A stretch of 63,563 bases of DNA, the filler included, from Octopus bimaculoides (Eukaryota): the NCBI RefSeq assembly GCF_001194135.2. It is 7 parts of 7 records of this genome, joined end to end, with 100 filler letters (N's around TTAATTAATTAA, not from the genome) between each part and the next. Parts side by side here need not be neighbours in the genome. Positions count along the whole stretch, not along the records: positions 60,248 to 63,563 come from NW_026394390.1; 6 more parts are not named here. The stretch is one strand, 5' to 3'. The notes beneath the pieces were generated by a model. That model did not search any database and was not told the DNA's origin. It saw nothing but the letters and a program-made list of their open reading frames with translations. The position numbers and the translations under genes are program-made. Of this stretch, positions 62,620-63,563 are shown piece after piece (position 1 is the first letter of the stretch; each line of letters begins with the position of its first letter).

Positions 62620-63480
62620 GTAAGGGCGACAGATAAGGCTCTTCACTGCATGTACAGAAATGGTCATAAATGATATTGACTACATAGGGGATGTGGACAT
62701 CTAAGGCAAGTTACTAACGTACTTCTGATTCGCAGATGACTTCATACTCATATGCAAAAGCACAGATCAGCTGCAGACCATGCTGACAGAGCTAGACACC
62801 CATGGCTCAGCAGAAGTCCTTGAAATGAAGCACATGAAAGCAAAATACGTGCAACGTGAAACATATAGCTCAAGACCGAACAGAAGTGGGATGTGAGAAA
62901 TACATCTACATAGGGATCACATTGAATGCGCACCGAAACTTGGATGCTGAAATCTCGATGTGAAAAAGGGCAGGTTGGAAGGTGTTTGCCTCAATAAAGG
63001 ATGTGCACAAAACAAATGTGGACATGATCATGAGTGCCTGAATCTTCAATAGCACTATCCTATCTGCACGCTTATAACGCCTGTGAGATATGGGCTATTA
63101 CGAAGAGGGAAGATTATCGATTAGCTACGAGATCTGTGCTAGATATATCGTTAGGACAACATATTCGAGATGAAATGATTGCACAACGGAACGGAGTGAA
63201 CGATGTGACCGCTGAATATAGAAAGGATTTGTTCTTCTGGGCCTGATAGGCTGCAAGGTTCACAAACAACAGATGGACTCGTGCAGATGCCAGGTTGCAC
63301 CCAAGAGATCGGAAACCCGATCTTGAATGCACTCCAAGAAGACGGCAAGACGATTTNNNNNNNNNNAACCCGATCTTGAATGCACTCCAAGAAGACGGCA
63401 AGACGATTTACTAAAAAGCTGTTTCGGAGAAGATAGAAAAGAACTGCGTAATCAAGAAAGAAATGGAAGCACATAGCGAC
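62620..63480 (+). mobile_element. Decayed RTE-clade LINE RT/C-terminal region
   Basis: ttcgcagatgac (FADD), YIYIG-like, AGWKVFASIKDV, CEIWAITK, FWA..ARFTNNRWT motifs, with stops. Confidence 0.75.
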
Positions 63481-63563
63481 CAGTGATGTATCATAATATC
63501 TGACAGTCCTTTCGATACAGTTATATGTGTGCGTATATAAATATATGTGTGTGTGAGTGTGTG

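Noticed and set aside
63314-63410. 43-bp direct repeat in the RTE fragment
   Set aside because: The two copies flank a 10-N gap, so this is most likely an unmerged contig overlap.
2173-63474. Most ORFs in the supplied six-frame track (YIYI, CVCV, HTHT, poly-X)
   Set aside because: They are translations of dinucleotide repeats or N gaps, with no domain content.

Overview
AT-rich, microsatellite-saturated animal genomic DNA with many N gaps. The SINE and MITE repertoire points to an octopus (inference). One spliced protein-coding gene could be reconstructed by hand on the + strand. It has seven coding exons (1369-1564, 3293-3426, 4620-4723, 7122-7203, 9322-9480, 11135-11227, 19322-19484), all with GT-AG junctions and consistent phases. 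They encode about 310 aa: signal peptide + divergent Reeler domain + Cys-rich linker + DOMON domain, i.e. the N-terminal half of a ferric-chelate reductase 1 (FRRS1/SDR2)-like protein. I could not find the expected cytochrome b561 exons. Read-through of the exon-7 donor gives GEVKHESCI*, which would make a secreted 319-aa Reeler-DOMON protein retaining both putative heme ligands. However, an artificial scaffold linker lies about 0.9 kb downstream, so the 3' end may simply be missing. The rest is mostly transposon debris: tRNA-derived SINEs, RTE and R4/Dong LINE fragments, a DD37E Tc1 element, a DD37D maT element, a Helitron remnant, piggyBac-like and hAT-like MITEs, and HINE-like elements. The most unusual repeat is a foldback element at 21220-22030 with an 8-bp TSD and head-to-head telomere-like arrays. 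Nearly all ORFs in the supplied track are microsatellite or N-gap artefacts. Repeat boundaries are approximate and were read by eye; no searches were run.
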